From an uncultured Rivularia sp. (lineage in GTDB: Bacteria; Cyanobacteriota; Cyanobacteriia; Cyanobacteriales; Nostocaceae), in assembly GCA_963665115.1 (NCBI GenBank), contig OY762007.1, forward strand, positions 2,784,001 through 2,848,000: 64,000 nt of DNA, written 5' to 3'. The notes beneath the pieces are model-generated. The model was given only the letters and a program-made list of their open reading frames with translations, did no database searches and was not told where the DNA came from. Shown here piece by piece: positions 21,288-33,087 of the stretch. The stretch's first letter is position 1. The number at the start of each line of letters is the position of its first letter. Made by a program: the position numbers and the translations under genes.

Positions 21288-22718
21288 ATGAATTTATCTC
21301 CACCTCAGAACTTATCTATTTATCAGTTGGCTTTGGATGTACAAGTGCCTCCAAAACGTCTAATTCTTAGTTCTGCAACTCTGCTGTCAATGGTTAAGTC
21401 ACAAATTGATTTACTCATAGAACAGAAGATTTCGGCTACTATTCTGGCTAAATTTCCACCGTTGAATATTTTTGAGTCGGAATTAAAGCGTTATCATCAG
21501 CATTTAGGTGATGCGACTATTTACAACTGCCAACTGGCTGAGGTTGGAGAAGTTAAAGCGGATGTTAGTTCGGATATTTCAGAATCTATGCCCAATTCTT
21601 CTGCTGCTTCAGTAATAAAATCGTATCGTTTGCTGCAACTCGCCACGGATAATCGCCAAGTTGAGCGAGAATACTTTTTTATTGTTTTATCTGCGGAATT
21701 TTGCAGTTTTATTTTGGCACATCGTCCGCAAAGGAAGATTAAAAAGCAGATTTTAAACCAAAGAAATAATCAAAAGATTCCGTCGATGGTAACTGTCCAG
21801 ACTTTTGATGGTAAAGTCATTCAGCGAGTATTAGATGGTATTAAAAATATAATTAATTCAAAAGATTTTAATAAAATAACTGACGAATTTGTTTATCCTC
21901 AAGCACCACAAGCAGCGTTAAGTAGTCGATTATTCCTGACACAAGTTAAAAGACAAGAGGAGATAAATTCTCGAAAATATAAAAGTTGTTTCAGCAACTT
22001 CAAAGATCGAAATCAAACACTTCGTAGCAAGTTGCAAGCGAAAGATGAATATTTAAAAAACGTGTGTCAAGAATTACTGTCTCCTCTTACGCATATAAAG
22101 ACAGCACTTTCGTTATTAAATTCTCCAAGTATTAAAGCACCTCAGCGACAGCGTTATTTGGACATGATTAAACGAGAGTGCGATCGCCAAAATTATTTAA
22201 TGACTGGTGTAATGGATCTTGTCGAGTTGGAACGTAATTTAGACAATACTTTTTTGGAACCTGTATGTCTGTCTGAGGTAGTTCCAGGTGTTGTCAGCAC
22301 CTACCAACCTTTAGCACAAGAAAGAGGCATCATGTTGGCATATACAGTACCCAACGATCTACCAAATGTCTGGTGTGTCAGCGGTGGCTTAAGACAAATT
22401 GTAATTAATCTTCTTTCTAACTGCATTAAATTTACACCCAATGGCGGTCAAGTTTGGGTAAGAACTCGCATACATCCTGGTTACGTACAGCTAGAATTCC
22501 GTGATACTGGTATAGGCATCCCGGAACCGGAAATTTCCAAAATATTTAATCGCTTTTACAAAGTGCGCCCCGTTGTCAACGAAGAAACAGGAAGCGCTGG
22601 TTTAGGTTTAACTATTGTAGAAAAATTGGTCGCCCGTTGTGGTGGAAGTATCTCCGTCTCTTCAATTCCCGGTGAAGGTACTAGTTTTAAAGTACTTTTA
22701 GCCAGCGTTTCGGGGTAA
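21288..22718 (+). CDS. DICT-like sensor histidine kinase with His-to-Gln H-box
   Basis: REYFFIVLS DICT-like segment; CQELLSPLT; NLLSNCIKFT, DTGIGI, FY, GLGL boxes. Confidence 0.85.
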   Translation: MNLSPPQNLSIYQLALDVQVPPKRLILSSATLLSMVKSQIDLLIEQKISATILAKFPPLNIFESELKRYHQHLGDATIYNCQLAEVGEVKADVSSDISESMPNSSAASVIKSYRLLQLATDNRQVEREYFFIVLSAEFCSFILAHRPQRKIKKQILNQRNNQKIPSMVTVQTFDGKVIQRVLDGIKNIINSKDFNKITDEFVYPQAPQAALSSRLFLTQVKRQEEINSRKYKSCFSNFKDRNQTLRSKLQAKDEYLKNVCQELLSPLTHIKTALSLLNSPSIKAPQRQRYLDMIKRECDRQNYLMTGVMDLVELERNLDNTFLEPVCLSEVVPGVVSTYQPLAQERGIMLAYTVPNDLPNVWCVSGGLRQIVINLLSNCIKFTPNGGQVWVRTRIHPGYVQLEFRDTGIGIPEPEISKIFNRFYKVRPVVNEETGSAGLGLTIVEKLVARCGGSISVSSIPGEGTSFKVLLASVSG

Positions 22719-22918
22719 TCAGTTATCAACGATCAATTATCAATTATCAATTATCAATTATCAATTACGAATAAAAAAACATCTGGTTGGTAGTGGGAGC
22801 ATCTTGCCTCCTTAGTAATCAGGAATTAAGATACTCCAACTATGGAAATTAATTGGAATAACTATGTATCTATAAACGTGCAAAACTGATAATTGTTCAT
22901 TGATAATTGATAATTGAT

Positions 22919-24455
22919 TTAACCTTTAACCTTTGCCCTTTGCCCTTTAAGCTTTAACCCATATTGTCCAAATTTATCAAAGCAATTATTAGAATTACTG
23001 ACTCCTTCCAAGGGCAAATAAATAGTTAATACTTCGCCGTGTTGAGGGCGTTCGCGTACAATCAATTTACCGCCGATAGCTTGGAATAAATGCTTTGTGG
23101 CAGCCAAATTCAGGCTAATTGTGCCAGTTTCTGGTTGAAACATTAATAATTGACCAATTGCTTTGCGAATTGGTGGCGTATTACAAGATTGGGCTGTTTT
23201 AATGTTTTGGGGAAAATTAGGTAGCAGTTGCAGCTTTAGGCGATCGCCAGCTTGAATTACTCGTACTTGAATATTACTACCCGCAGGTAAGTTACGAGTA
23301 AAGTTTTCTATCAAGCCAGTCAGAAACTCGATCGAGCATAACTGGATTCGTGACTACCGTAGGTAAAGAAGGCGGTAATACCACATCCAATGTTAAGTTG
23401 CGCCGATTTGCAGCTTGTTGCCAGCGAGGAATACTCTGCTGTAACATTTGGTCTAAACACATAGACGTTAGCTGAGAGCTTGATTGGTTTGTGGAAGATG
23501 TTTCTAATTCCGCAGCCCTAAACAGCAATTCCATCCGATCTATTTGCTCGGTACATTCGCGATCGATAGATTGTAATCGTTTAATAACTGAGGCAGGTAA
23601 ATCTTTCTGCTTTAACAACAAACGAGTTGTAGTGCGAATCGTTGTTAAAGGAGTACGCACTTCATGAGCAAAAGCTTGTAACAGTTCTATATCAGAACGA
23701 GATGCATAATTCGTTGATGTAGAAGTGGAATATTCGTGGGAGTAGTTAACTTCTTCAAACTTACTTTTATGTTCTGCCGTTCCTTTACCGTGAAATTTTG
23801 TTTCCTTATCGTAAGATTCGGGATACTCTGCGAGCAACAACTGACTAAACTGCATAACCAGTCGGTAATCAGGTGCTACCGGGCAATATTCTTGTACTAA
23901 CTCATCCAATTCCATGAAGAAACTAGGATTAGTTAACATTACCCTACCAGCAAGAGCCTGCCATGCTTTCTCAATTACTTCTGGTTCAAAAGAAAATAAA
24001 AACTTGCTTTTATTATTATCTTCCTCTACTAGAACTAATATTAATGAAAACTTTTTTGTAAAAATTAGACAAAACTGTTCCTTCGATAAGGGATCTACCT
24101 TTAGCAGAGGTAATACCGACTCATCAGAAAGATTTTCTTTTGTTGCGATCGCGTCGCCGGACATATGAAAAGGCATCAAAGCCAAAGGATTAAATGGCTT
24201 GGCCGTAAAAGTTACAGTCCGTAAACACTGATTAAGCCTTGACTCACACAGAACAGGTGCGGGTGCAGCCAAAACTAATCCTTGATTCGCATTATGTGCA
24301 ACTACAGATAAAGAATTTAACAGCAACTGTTGAGCAGCAGAAGTAGCTATACGCCATTGTTGTCGTGCTTTATGCAACGAACATTCAGCTTCAACTGCTC
24401 CCCCTGCAACTAAAATTTCCTTTAAACTCGGCAAAATCCATTTATACTCATACAC
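22919..24455 (-). CDS. Atypical histidine kinase (Hik34-like), apparent +1 frameshift at 23324-23326
   Basis: AHEVRTPLT H-box; degenerate ATPase domain (FQPETGTISLNL); removing one base joins MLDRV-LTGLIENF. Confidence 0.8.
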
Positions 24456-24884
24456 TAGGGTTCACCCCTTGATTTCAAAGCGACTAACAGCTTCAGAAAC
24501 TGGTGATTCACTATTACTTATGAGCTTACCTAAAATATGTCTTCTAGCAAAAGTAGTAGAACCGAACAACAATAGGGGCGATTTCCGTTTTCAGTTAACA
24601 GTGAACAGTAAGAAATGTAGTGGGAGCGTCTCGCTCCCTGCTAACAATAAACGAAAGTACGAAATAACTTCCCCCCTCTATCCCCTCTACCCCCTCTACC
24701 CCCTCTCCCCCCTCTACCCCCTCTCCCCCCTCTCCCCGTCTCCAAATCCCCAATTTACTACTAAAGATAGATGCGAATTCTCAACTGAGGGTTGATTGCA
24801 ATTGGGGTTTGACAAGAGAGAAATGTAGTACAACGCATCAGTGTGTTGCAACCTATTTTTTTTATTGTTAAAGGGAGAATTTAA

Positions 24885-25526
24885 ATGGCTTTGGGCGAAA
24901 ATAGACGTGCTGTTGGAACTTTTTCAAGTCGCAACGATATTGAATATGCTCTGCGAGAACTCAGAGATGCTGGCTTTGATATGAATAAAGCTTCTGTAAT
25001 TGCTAGAAATAATGATACTGGGAATCAAGTCGCTGGTGTAGAAACTCAGGAACAGGTTGGAAACAAGGCTGATGAAGGTGCAGCAGCAGGAGTGCTTACG
25101 GGTGGAGTTTTTGGAGGTATAACTGGTTTACTGGTGGGTTTGGGTAGTTTAGCTGTTCCCGGTGTTGGTCCGATATTGCTTGCTGGTGAGATTGCTACGG
25201 CTTTAATAACAACTGTTGCTGGTGCTGGTATTGGTGCTGCGACTGGTGGTTTATTAGGTGCGCTGGTTGGTTTGGGAATTCCTGAAGAACGAGCAAGAGT
25301 ATACAATGAGCGAATCGAGCGCGGCGATTATCTATTAATTTTGGATGGAACGGAAGCTTCTATTAACGGTGCTGAGGTTATTGTCAAAAATCGCGGTATT
25401 GAAGAATTTGAAATTTACAATGCTCCTAATGCAGCATCAAGCAGTTCGGATAATCTAAATCAGAAGCCGATTGCCGATACAGATTCTCAAGTTGTAATTA
25501 TTGATAGTCGCGAATCTGCATTTTAG
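24885..25526 (+). CDS. General-stress membrane protein (Gly-zipper)
   Basis: RRAVGTF, GAAAG..TGG..GG..GLLVGLG.LAVPGVGP, LGIPEERA. Confidence 0.82.
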   Translation: MALGENRRAVGTFSSRNDIEYALRELRDAGFDMNKASVIARNNDTGNQVAGVETQEQVGNKADEGAAAGVLTGGVFGGITGLLVGLGSLAVPGVGPILLAGEIATALITTVAGAGIGAATGGLLGALVGLGIPEERARVYNERIERGDYLLILDGTEASINGAEVIVKNRGIEEFEIYNAPNAASSSSDNLNQKPIADTDSQVVIIDSRESAF

Positions 25527-26503
25527 AAAATAGAGGATTGGGGATTGGGCATTGGGAGCAGCAGAGTTAGGAAGAAAACTGGTAACTGTTCACTGCTGAC
25601 TATTCCCCATTCCCAAACAATTAATATTACTAAATTTAATAGCTGATATAGTTTTTGTTTAATTTATTTCGCGTTTTGCGCCATTCCCAGAAACCGGGTT
25701 TATTTGTGCTTGTCGATAATGATGCAATGATGTCGGATTTATCAAAATCTTTGATAGGAACTAGATTGATGAGAAGTAGGTCTTATAGAAAATAAATGCT
25801 GAGAAATTTCAGCCTCATACTCACAAAATTCGTAATTGATTTATTCGCTTCTCAAAACAAATCAAAAGTGTCAAGAGTGTAAAGGGTGAAATTTTAGTTA
25901 TTTTTTTAAACACGAGTATCTATAAATAACTAAATCTCGATAGTAAAGCATTAAGCTTATTGCGACTCAAGCGATAATTAGTTGTTAATTATTAATGAAA
26001 AGTGCAACCATTTATTAAGCTTTGATATATACTGATATTTTTTAATACCTAACGCTAAATATTAATGCTTAAGCTAGAGCAAAAAAAGTTGCCTAATTTC
26101 ACTTCCGTGTAAAGATAGATGAATTTGCTGAATTTGGCTTCTGTAAACTGTTTTGAAGTTTGATTCTCAATAAGTTTTATCAAGCTAATAGAAACTTAGA
26201 AAAAATGTGGTTAATTTTTCCAAATTTGCTAACATCAAATAGCTGCTGTCCGGCGGCCTTGCATACAAGCATTTAAAAACTCTTGACGAGGGTGTCAGGT
26301 AGATATAAATGTAATTCTTATGCTTTGTCGCACCTGCTGGTGATTTACACCGGAAGGAGTACAGAAAAACTTGGTTTTCGTTTAATTTAGTGCCTAAAAT
26401 GGTACTTGCTCAAATTCATCTTCGATTGTTTTTTAAACATTCGCTCCTCAACACAACACACCGATTTATTAGTTGCTTAGAAGGGCCTTATTAGGAGATT
26501 CAA

Positions 26504-26992
26504 ATGAAAAAATTTATTCCTCTTCTCATTAGCGGTATTTTAGCTACAGTTGCAGTTGGTTGTGGTGAAGAAGCCGCTAAGACTGGCTCTGAAAATCCTA
26601 ATGCTTTACAACCTTCTGCAAGAGAAGCTAGCGAGACAGAAGGTTTAAATCAACCTTTAAGTGAACCTGGAGCAGTTCCTGGAGCGGAAAACGTACCTAC
26701 CGATCCAACTGCTGCAACCGAAGGCGTAGATCCGCTAGCAAGCGATTTATCAAAAGAAGTTAGCAAAAAGCTCAAAGAAAACTTACCAGCTAGCAACTTA
26801 GAAGTTCAAGAGCAAGAAGGAGTTGTTACCGTTGGTGGTACAGTTTCTTCTCAAGAAGAACTTCAGCAAGTTGAACCTTTGACTAAAGGTGTTAAAGGTG
26901 TCAAAGGAGTAAACGTGGAAGCGAATGTTGATGCTGTCGCTCCCGCTCCCGAAGATGTTGTACCTGGTGCTGAAGGTACCGATCCTCAGTAA
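26504..26992 (+). CDS. BON-domain lipoprotein
   Basis: Lipobox AVGC; GVVTVGGTV...VKGVKGV BON signature; AGGAG RBS. Confidence 0.85.
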   Translation: MKKFIPLLISGILATVAVGCGEEAAKTGSENPNALQPSAREASETEGLNQPLSEPGAVPGAENVPTDPTAATEGVDPLASDLSKEVSKKLKENLPASNLEVQEQEGVVTVGGTVSSQEELQQVEPLTKGVKGVKGVNVEANVDAVAPAPEDVVPGAEGTDPQ

Positions 26993-27093
26993 GTAAATCG
27001 CATTTATTTCTAATGTAGAGACGTAATATCCATACGTCTCTTTTATTTTGGATTTTGGATTTTGCGGAAAGTTGAGCCTTCATAAGGTGCGCG

Positions 27094-27828
27094 GTGAGAG
27101 CAGTAGCGTTAGCTCCTAAAATTAGACCAAGTTATATTGCTGCGATTGAAGAACGTGTTTATGAAATGAATGAGGAAACTTCATTATTAGTAGGTATTCC
27201 TGATGTATCGGTACAAAGTTCTAAAAAAGCAGTACCCCGTAGGCTTACTAGTGAAATTTCAACTGCTCGAACTATTACACAACCTATAGAAATAACCCTT
27301 CCTTTAATCGAAGCTTCGACAGAAGGTTATTTAGAAATTCGTTCTGTAGAAACAGGTGAAGTAATAACTGCGATTGAAGTTTTATCTCCTAAGAATAAAC
27401 AATCTGTGATTGGTCGTCTCCAATATGAAACAAAGCGACAAAAAATATTAAGGAGTGGCATTAATTTAATCGAAATTGATTTACTACGGCAGGGAAAATC
27501 CATGCCAATTTTAGAAACAGAGATAGATAGCGATTATCAAATTTTAATAAGTCGCAGTAATATTCGTCCTAAAGCAGAACTTTATTATTTTAATTTACAG
27601 AATAAAATACCTTAATTTATCTTACCATTACGCGATGAAGATACAGAGCCTATAGTTGATTTACAGACATTATTAGATGAAATTTATGAGCAAGGTGGTT
27701 ACGATTTGAGATTAGATTACAGTCGTTCTCCCGTACCCAATTTATCGAATCAGGATGCTGTTTGGGTTGAGGAATTATTGAAGCATCAAGAGCTTTATCT
27801 ATTGGATACTATATCTCTCAAACCATAG
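27094..27828 (+). pseudogene. DUF4058-family pseudogene (5'-truncated, internal TAA at 27613-27615)
   Basis: IEVLSPKNK, EIDLLRQG; reading continues in frame after the stop as FILPLRDEDTEPIVDLQ...YDLRLDY; usual N-terminus absent. Confidence 0.8.
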
Positions 27829-27991
27829 GAGCCATAGTAGAAATGCATCCTATCTTCGCAGTAAAATTTGGATTTTCGTAAATAAATTCGCTATAGTCAG
27901 CTAAATCATCGATGCCAACCAAGTTGAGGATAATTTCGGTTGCTAACCAAAAAGAAGTTTTTACTAATAATTTTTGCCAATCTACTTTCAT
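27818..27991 (-). CDS. 57-aa small membrane protein (not in ORF track)
   Basis: MKVDWQKLLVKTSFWLATEIILNLVGIDDLADYSEFIY...; strong AAGGGAGGGAG RBS; resembles a recurring cyanobacterial small protein. Confidence 0.7.
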   Translation of the reverse strand: MKVDWQKLLVKTSFWLATEIILNLVGIDDLADYSEFIYENPNFTAKIGCISTMAPMV

Positions 27992-28078
27992 AACTCCCTC
28001 CCTTGACTGATTTAGTCGGAAAAATATTTTTTTTAACTCTTACTTATTTATTAGTGTCAGAGTTGGGATGTTATGCAG

Positions 28079-28181
28079 TAAGCTGATGTGCAGCTAAATA
28101 GTATAAAACAAAATTTGGTAATTATTGTAGTGCGGGCATCTTGCCCGCTAGTACTATAAAAATTAAGTGCGTAACAACTTA
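28079..28181. mobile_element. MITE-like repeat, copy 1
   Basis: TAAGCTGATGTGCAGCTAAA...AGTGCGTAACAACTTA; related copies at 29152 and 47734. Confidence 0.7.
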
Positions 28182-28337
28182 GTAGAATAAGTCAACTCTG
28201 ATAGTTGATTACAGCACTGTGGAAGTCAATTCCGTATTGAAGAGAAATTTACGGTATATCTATTGACGCTGAAATACTTGCAGTGAGTAACTTTGAAACC
28301 CAGAGCTAATTTTTTTTAGGACATTATTCAATCCACT

Positions 28338-29010
28338 TTAATTTTCATATCTATCTAAATATCTGATTTTACCGTAAACAAATTCTCCATTACAGCTTCC
28401 TAGTTTCTTGTGCGGCGGGATATTGACAGTTGTCTAAAGATTCTTCTTCTACAATTTCACCTTCTTGATTTAAACAAACGAAGTAGAGATTGCTTCTCCA
28501 CTCAATGTCACGTTGATACTCCCGAACTTTTGGGTTTACTTCAACTGAAAAATTTCCTTTTTTTATAGTTTGCATATTAGATTTACCGTATTTACCATCG
28601 TAAATTAGATAAGTAAATTGATTGACACCAGGTTTAATTACAAATTTACTTCCTCTATGACTTGTATCAAAATCAAAACCTATGATTTGAGAATTCTCAT
28701 TTTTTGTGTATTTACGATCGGTATAGGGAACTTTATTTGTAATGTTTCTGAATTTTTCATTAACAATTCTTACCCTTCTACCTTTCTTTGTTGGTACTTC
28801 TTTATGCCGAAACCAACCAATAACACTTTCACTGTACCAGCCCGGACAAGTTCCGACATACTTTACTACATCAACTATTTTTTTATTCAAATTAGTTCCA
28901 TCATTAAATACAATACCCACATCTTCTAATTTTTCCTGTGCGTAGCTAATAGATGTCATCCCGCATACGAAAATAGCACCTGCGAGCAAAAATAAATTCC
29001 TAAGTTTCAT
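28338..29010 (-). CDS. Secreted hypothetical protein (probable +1 frameshift at 28404-28406; as read, ends at 28390)
   Basis: Signal peptide ending ISYA; removing one base extends the ORF with ELGSCNGEFVYGKIRYLDRYEN. Confidence 0.65.
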
Positions 29011-29151
29011 CTTTTTGAACTGTTCTACGTAGGTACTTATGATTCGGTCAAATTCTGTTTAATTATGATTTTTTACAGCAACTCGACTATTTGCAATGTG
29101 CGAATTCAAACGATCGAGGCAATCTCTGCACTCATCGCAGATAATAGCTGC

Positions 29152-29279
29152 TAAGCTGTTACGCACTTAATTTGTATAATACCCTTCGTGCAAGATGCTC
29201 GCACTACAATGCTTTCATTTTTATGTCCTTCGGACACGCTGCGCTAACGCATTATATAATTTAGCTGCACATCAGCTTA
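29152..29279. mobile_element. MITE-like repeat, copy 2 (inverted relative to copy 1)
   Basis: TAAGCTGTTACGCACT...TTTAGCTGCACATCAGCTTA. Confidence 0.7.
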
Positions 29280-29335
29280 TATATGCTGCGTTCGTTATTA
29301 TTGAGACGTAGCAATACACCCCGTCTCTACATTAT

Positions 29336-30493
29336 TTAATCAAATTTCTTCAACACTTCCACCAATTTCTCAATCTGACTTTGTTGATGAGTAGCCATCA
29401 GGGAAATGCGAATCCGACTCGTAGGAACTGTGGGGGGACGAATTGCTGGCGCAAAAATTCCTTCTGCTTTAAGATAATTTCCGATTTTTAACGCTTCTGC
29501 CGCACTTTCTACCTGAAAACAAATAATTGCAGATTCTGATGGTAATATTTTCAGGTTTTCTAAACCAGACATCAAGTCTTTCAAATAATTTATGTTTTTC
29601 CACAACTGTCTGCGACGAGTGGGTTCTTTCTTAACTATATTTATTGCTTCTAATGCCGCAGCTGTATCGCTCGGTGAAAGCGCTGTGGTATAAATCCAGG
29701 TAGAAGCGCGATTTCGTAAAAAGTCAATTAAATTTTTACTTCCGGCAACGTAACCACCCAAACTACCCAAAGCTTTACTCAAAGTACCAACTTGAATTAA
29801 CTGCTTGGAAGTACAACCGAAATGTTCGACGCAACCAGCACCAGTTTCTCCCAATACTCCAGTAGCGTGAGCTTCATCTACCAACAACATACAGTTAAAT
29901 TCTTCAGCAATATCCAATAGTGACGGTAAAGGACACAAATCACCATCCATGCTGAAAACGCTATCGGTAATTATCAAACAGCGACGATAATTTTCCCGAA
30001 TTTCTTGCAATTTACTTTTCAAAGCTGCAACATCGCAATGGGGATATTCCACAATGGCAGCACCACTAAGAATTGCCCCATTTTTCAAACTCGAATGATT
30101 GTACTCATCCGATAAAATTAGATCGCGTTTACCAACCACGGCGGTAATTGCACCCAAATTTGCTAAATATCCCGAACTGAATACTAAAGCATCCTCCGTT
30201 TTTTTGAGAGATGCGATCGCGCTTTCCAATTCACCGTGTAATTCCCGATGCCCGCTGAGTAATCTGGAACCAGTACTACCAGTACCGAAATATTGAATAG
30301 CAGTAGTTGCAGCCTGGATTAAACGTTCATCCCCTGCCAAACCGAGATAATCATTGCTGGCAAAATTAATTACTTCGCGCCCTTGTAAAACCACCGTAGC
30401 GCCAGCGCCACCGTGGATAGACTGCACCGAGCGGTACCAATGGGCGCGGTGAATAGTTGCCAAAGATTGCTCTAGCCAAGCATAAGGATTCAT
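29336..30493 (-). CDS. bioF: 8-amino-7-oxononanoate synthase
   Basis: [43 protein letters not shown]. Confidence 0.95.
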   Translation of the reverse strand: MNPYAWLEQSLATIHRAHWYRSVQSIHGGAGATVVLQGREVINFASNDYLGLAGDERLIQAATTAIQYFGTGSTGSRLLSGHRELHGELESAIASLKKTEDALVFSSGYLANLGAITAVVGKRDLILSDEYNHSSLKNGAILSGAAIVEYPHCDVAALKSKLQEIRENYRRCLIITDSVFSMDGDLCPLPSLLDIAEEFNCMLLVDEAHATGVLGETGAGCVEHFGCTSKQLIQVGTLSKALGSLGGYVAGSKNLIDFLRNRASTWIYTTALSPSDTAAALEAINIVKKEPTRRRQLWKNINYLKDLMSGLENLKILPSESAIICFQVESAAEALKIGNYLKAEGIFAPAIRPPTVPTSRIRISLMATHQQSQIEKLVEVLKKFD

Positions 30494-30568
30494 AATAATA
30501 AGGTCAAAGGTTAAAGGTCAAAGGTTAAAGGTTGTAATTTATAACTCATAACTCTTAACTCTTAACTC

Positions 30569-31211
30569 CTAACTGTTCACTGATTCGCTGCTGCTGAGAT
30601 GGGCGATCGCCTGCTTAATCCAATCTTCGACGAAAGCATCTTTGGGTAATCCAATATCTTCGCCGACGACGTGTAAAGCATAACTAACTTCGTGGGCGGT
30701 GTAGCCCAAAGCCAGTAAAGTCATTTGTACTTCTTCGAGAATTCCTGGTGCGGGGGCCACCTGTCGCTACGAAGAAACCAGCATTTTTACGCCAATCAAT
30801 CAATTTACTTTTTAGCTCCAAACAAATTCGTTCGGCAGTTTTCTTACCCACACCGGGAGCTTGAATTAATAACTGAACGTTAGCAGCAATAATCGATTGG
30901 ACTAACTCGGGTAATTCCAAAGTATCCAATAAGGCAATTGCACTAGCGCTACCAATCCCGCTAACACCGATTAAAAAGCGAAATAAATCTCGTTCTGCTG
31001 GGGTAGTAAAGCCGTAAAGTATTGGTACCTCTTCCCGAACTTGGTAATGGGTAAAGACTTGGACTTCACCCCCCGAATCCGGTAATTGTTGAGCCAATCG
31101 TGCGGGAACTTGTAAATCGTATCCGATACCGTTCACCTCTAAAGTCAAAACATGACGATTGGCGCTATTTTTCTGGATACCAGCAACGATTCCTTTGAGA
31201 TAACTAATCAT
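30569..31211 (-). CDS. ruvA: Holliday junction helicase subunit RuvA (apparent +1 frameshift in G5 at 30752-30756)
   Basis: [38 protein letters not shown]; domain III (LLALGY) in the next frame. Confidence 0.93.
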
Positions 31212-31963
31212 AAGAAACCAAAATATTTTAAGCCTTCAATAATTCCACCTGCATATTCATTTTTCGCCAGGTAACGGTGGTTAGCAGGATTTTTATTATG
31301 CCACTGGATTAATTCCGGACGAGCGTTTCCCACAAGGATACCTCGTTCTTCTCCAACTGCAAATAAAGCAGTATCATTGCCCGAATCACCGCAAGCTACC
31401 GTTCTTTCTGCTACAAAATTCCACTTTTGGCGAAGAAATTGCATTGCCTGACCTTTATCGCTGTTACTGGGTACAATGTCAAGGTCAATACCACTGCTGT
31501 AGATCAATTTGACATCTAAACCGCACGAGAACAAATTAGATTCCAATTGCGGTAAAATCCCTGTCGCAACTGATTCTTCAAGGAAAAAGCTTACCTTGAA
31601 TTCACCTTGTTCTGTCTCTGGTTGGGGACGTAACTCGGAGAAATCAGCAGTTTTAGATAATACCACCTCTCGGTTCCATCCTTGAGAAAGTTTTTTTGAC
31701 CAGCCAGTATCGGGAGTATCGCTTTTATCTAAGTAAATCTCCGTTCCTACTGATAAAACCAAAGCATCTGGCTCCATCAGATTTCTTTCCTGTTTGAGCT
31801 TCTGATATAAAACTGGCGATCGCCCGGTAGCATATACAATTTTAGTGCCATGTTTTTGACGGTGTTGGCTCAGAAGTTGCTCTAATTCCCTTAAAGCATC
31901 ATCGTCACCAACAAAAGTGTTATCTAAATCCGTGACAAAAAGAAATCTAGCCACTTTTCTCAA
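31208..31963 (-). CDS. spp: Sucrose-phosphate phosphatase (HAD)
   Basis: [35 protein letters not shown]; start may be GTG at 31954. Confidence 0.92.
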   Translation of the reverse strand: MRKVARFLFVTDLDNTFVGDDDALRELEQLLSQHRQKHGTKIVYATGRSPVLYQKLKQERNLMEPDALVLSVGTEIYLDKSDTPDTGWSKKLSQGWNREVVLSKTADFSELRPQPETEQGEFKVSFFLEESVATGILPQLESNLFSCGLDVKLIYSSGIDLDIVPSNSDKGQAMQFLRQKWNFVAERTVACGDSGNDTALFAVGEERGILVGNARPELIQWHNKNPANHRYLAKNEYAGGIIEGLKYFGFL

Positions 31964-32366
31964 TCCCTGGTTACAGCTTTATCATCTGCATAGTTTACAT
32001 TAATTGTTAGTTGTTAGTGGCTAGTTGTTAGTGGTTAATTTTCAGTTCGATGATGCGAGAAAACTATTTATCAACTAGAAACCCGCTTTTTCGGAAAAAC
32101 CAGGTTTATCAATACTTAATTATTTTTCTATTTTTAAGTTTAAATTATTACCAATGACTGAATAAAATATTTATATTGAAAACCGTAAATTGAATATATA
32201 AATGATTTGTAACTATTATTTAAAATTTACTTACAGATAAAATTATAATTTCTGAAGCTAAAAAAATCTTTGAAATGATAATTAAATCATAATTTCCGAT
32301 TCGGAAATTTTTTGTTTGGTGCGGCGATGTTAAAGAGATGTAGCAATACGCCCCGTCTTTACATTA

Positions 32367-32474
32367 TTATTTATGGTTTTTAGCATCCAAAAATTTAAGT
32401 TGCCGATCCAAACATTCAATTTGCGGTAAGTTAACACCTTTTTCTTGGGCTTTTCGTAGGGGATTACCAAAAAC
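32367..32474 (-). pseudogene. C-terminal fragment resembling cyanobacterial 2-dehydropantoate 2-reductase
   Basis: VFGNPLRKAQEKGVNLPQIECLDRQLKFLDAKNHK* with no matching upstream coding region. Confidence 0.55.
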
Positions 32475-32548
32475 AATATATACCTGCGCTTTTACAGGGT
32501 AAATATGAATTTTCTGTTTTTCATTGATAATTGATAATTGATAACTGC

Positions 32549-32755
32549 TTACTGCTCGCTGTCTTGTAGAGTTTCAATCGTTAAATCTACCTGTTGCTGT
32601 CGCTGCTGTAGAAAACTTTCGCATTCGCGTAAAGATTTTACAGCTGTGCCAAATTGTTCAAATACTTCTTCTAGCTGCAATTCTCCTGCTTCAATACGAG
32701 ATATTATGGTTTCGATTTCTGCGACTTTGGTTTCGTAATTCCATTTTTTTTTCAT
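32549..32755 (-). CDS. xseB: Exodeoxyribonuclease VII small subunit
   Basis: WNYE...[16 protein letters not shown]...C..FL. Confidence 0.9.
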   Translation of the reverse strand: MKKKWNYETKVAEIETIISRIEAGELQLEEVFEQFGTAVKSLRECESFLQQRQQQVDLTIETLQDSEQ

Positions 32756-32791
32756 AATTGTTTTTTCTTGTTAGAAGAAGGATTAAATATA

Positions 32792-32902
32792 CTAGTACCG
32801 CTGCGCGGAAGTAAAAAGTCAAAAGTAAGAAGTAAAAAGTATTATATGATAAGGCTTTCAAACTTTTTAAATGGGTGCTTTATTTACGCCGTACTGTACT
32901 AG
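32792..32902. mobile_element. MITE-like element with CTAG ends
   Basis: CTAGTACCGCTGCGCGGAAGTAAA ... TTTATTTACGCCGTACTGTACTAG imperfect terminal inverted repeats. Confidence 0.6.
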
Positions 32903-33087
32903 GGAATGAAATTAAAACTATTTCAACTATGTAAGTAGGTAGAAAAATGCGTAACAGCTGACTACAAACATTTTTTTAAATAAGTAATAACGGCAAACTG
33001 GATATTAATTGTTTTATGGCATTTCAACCATCAAATCAACTTGTTGCTGTTGATTCTTGTGTAAGTGATGAACCGCACCTCCGGTGA

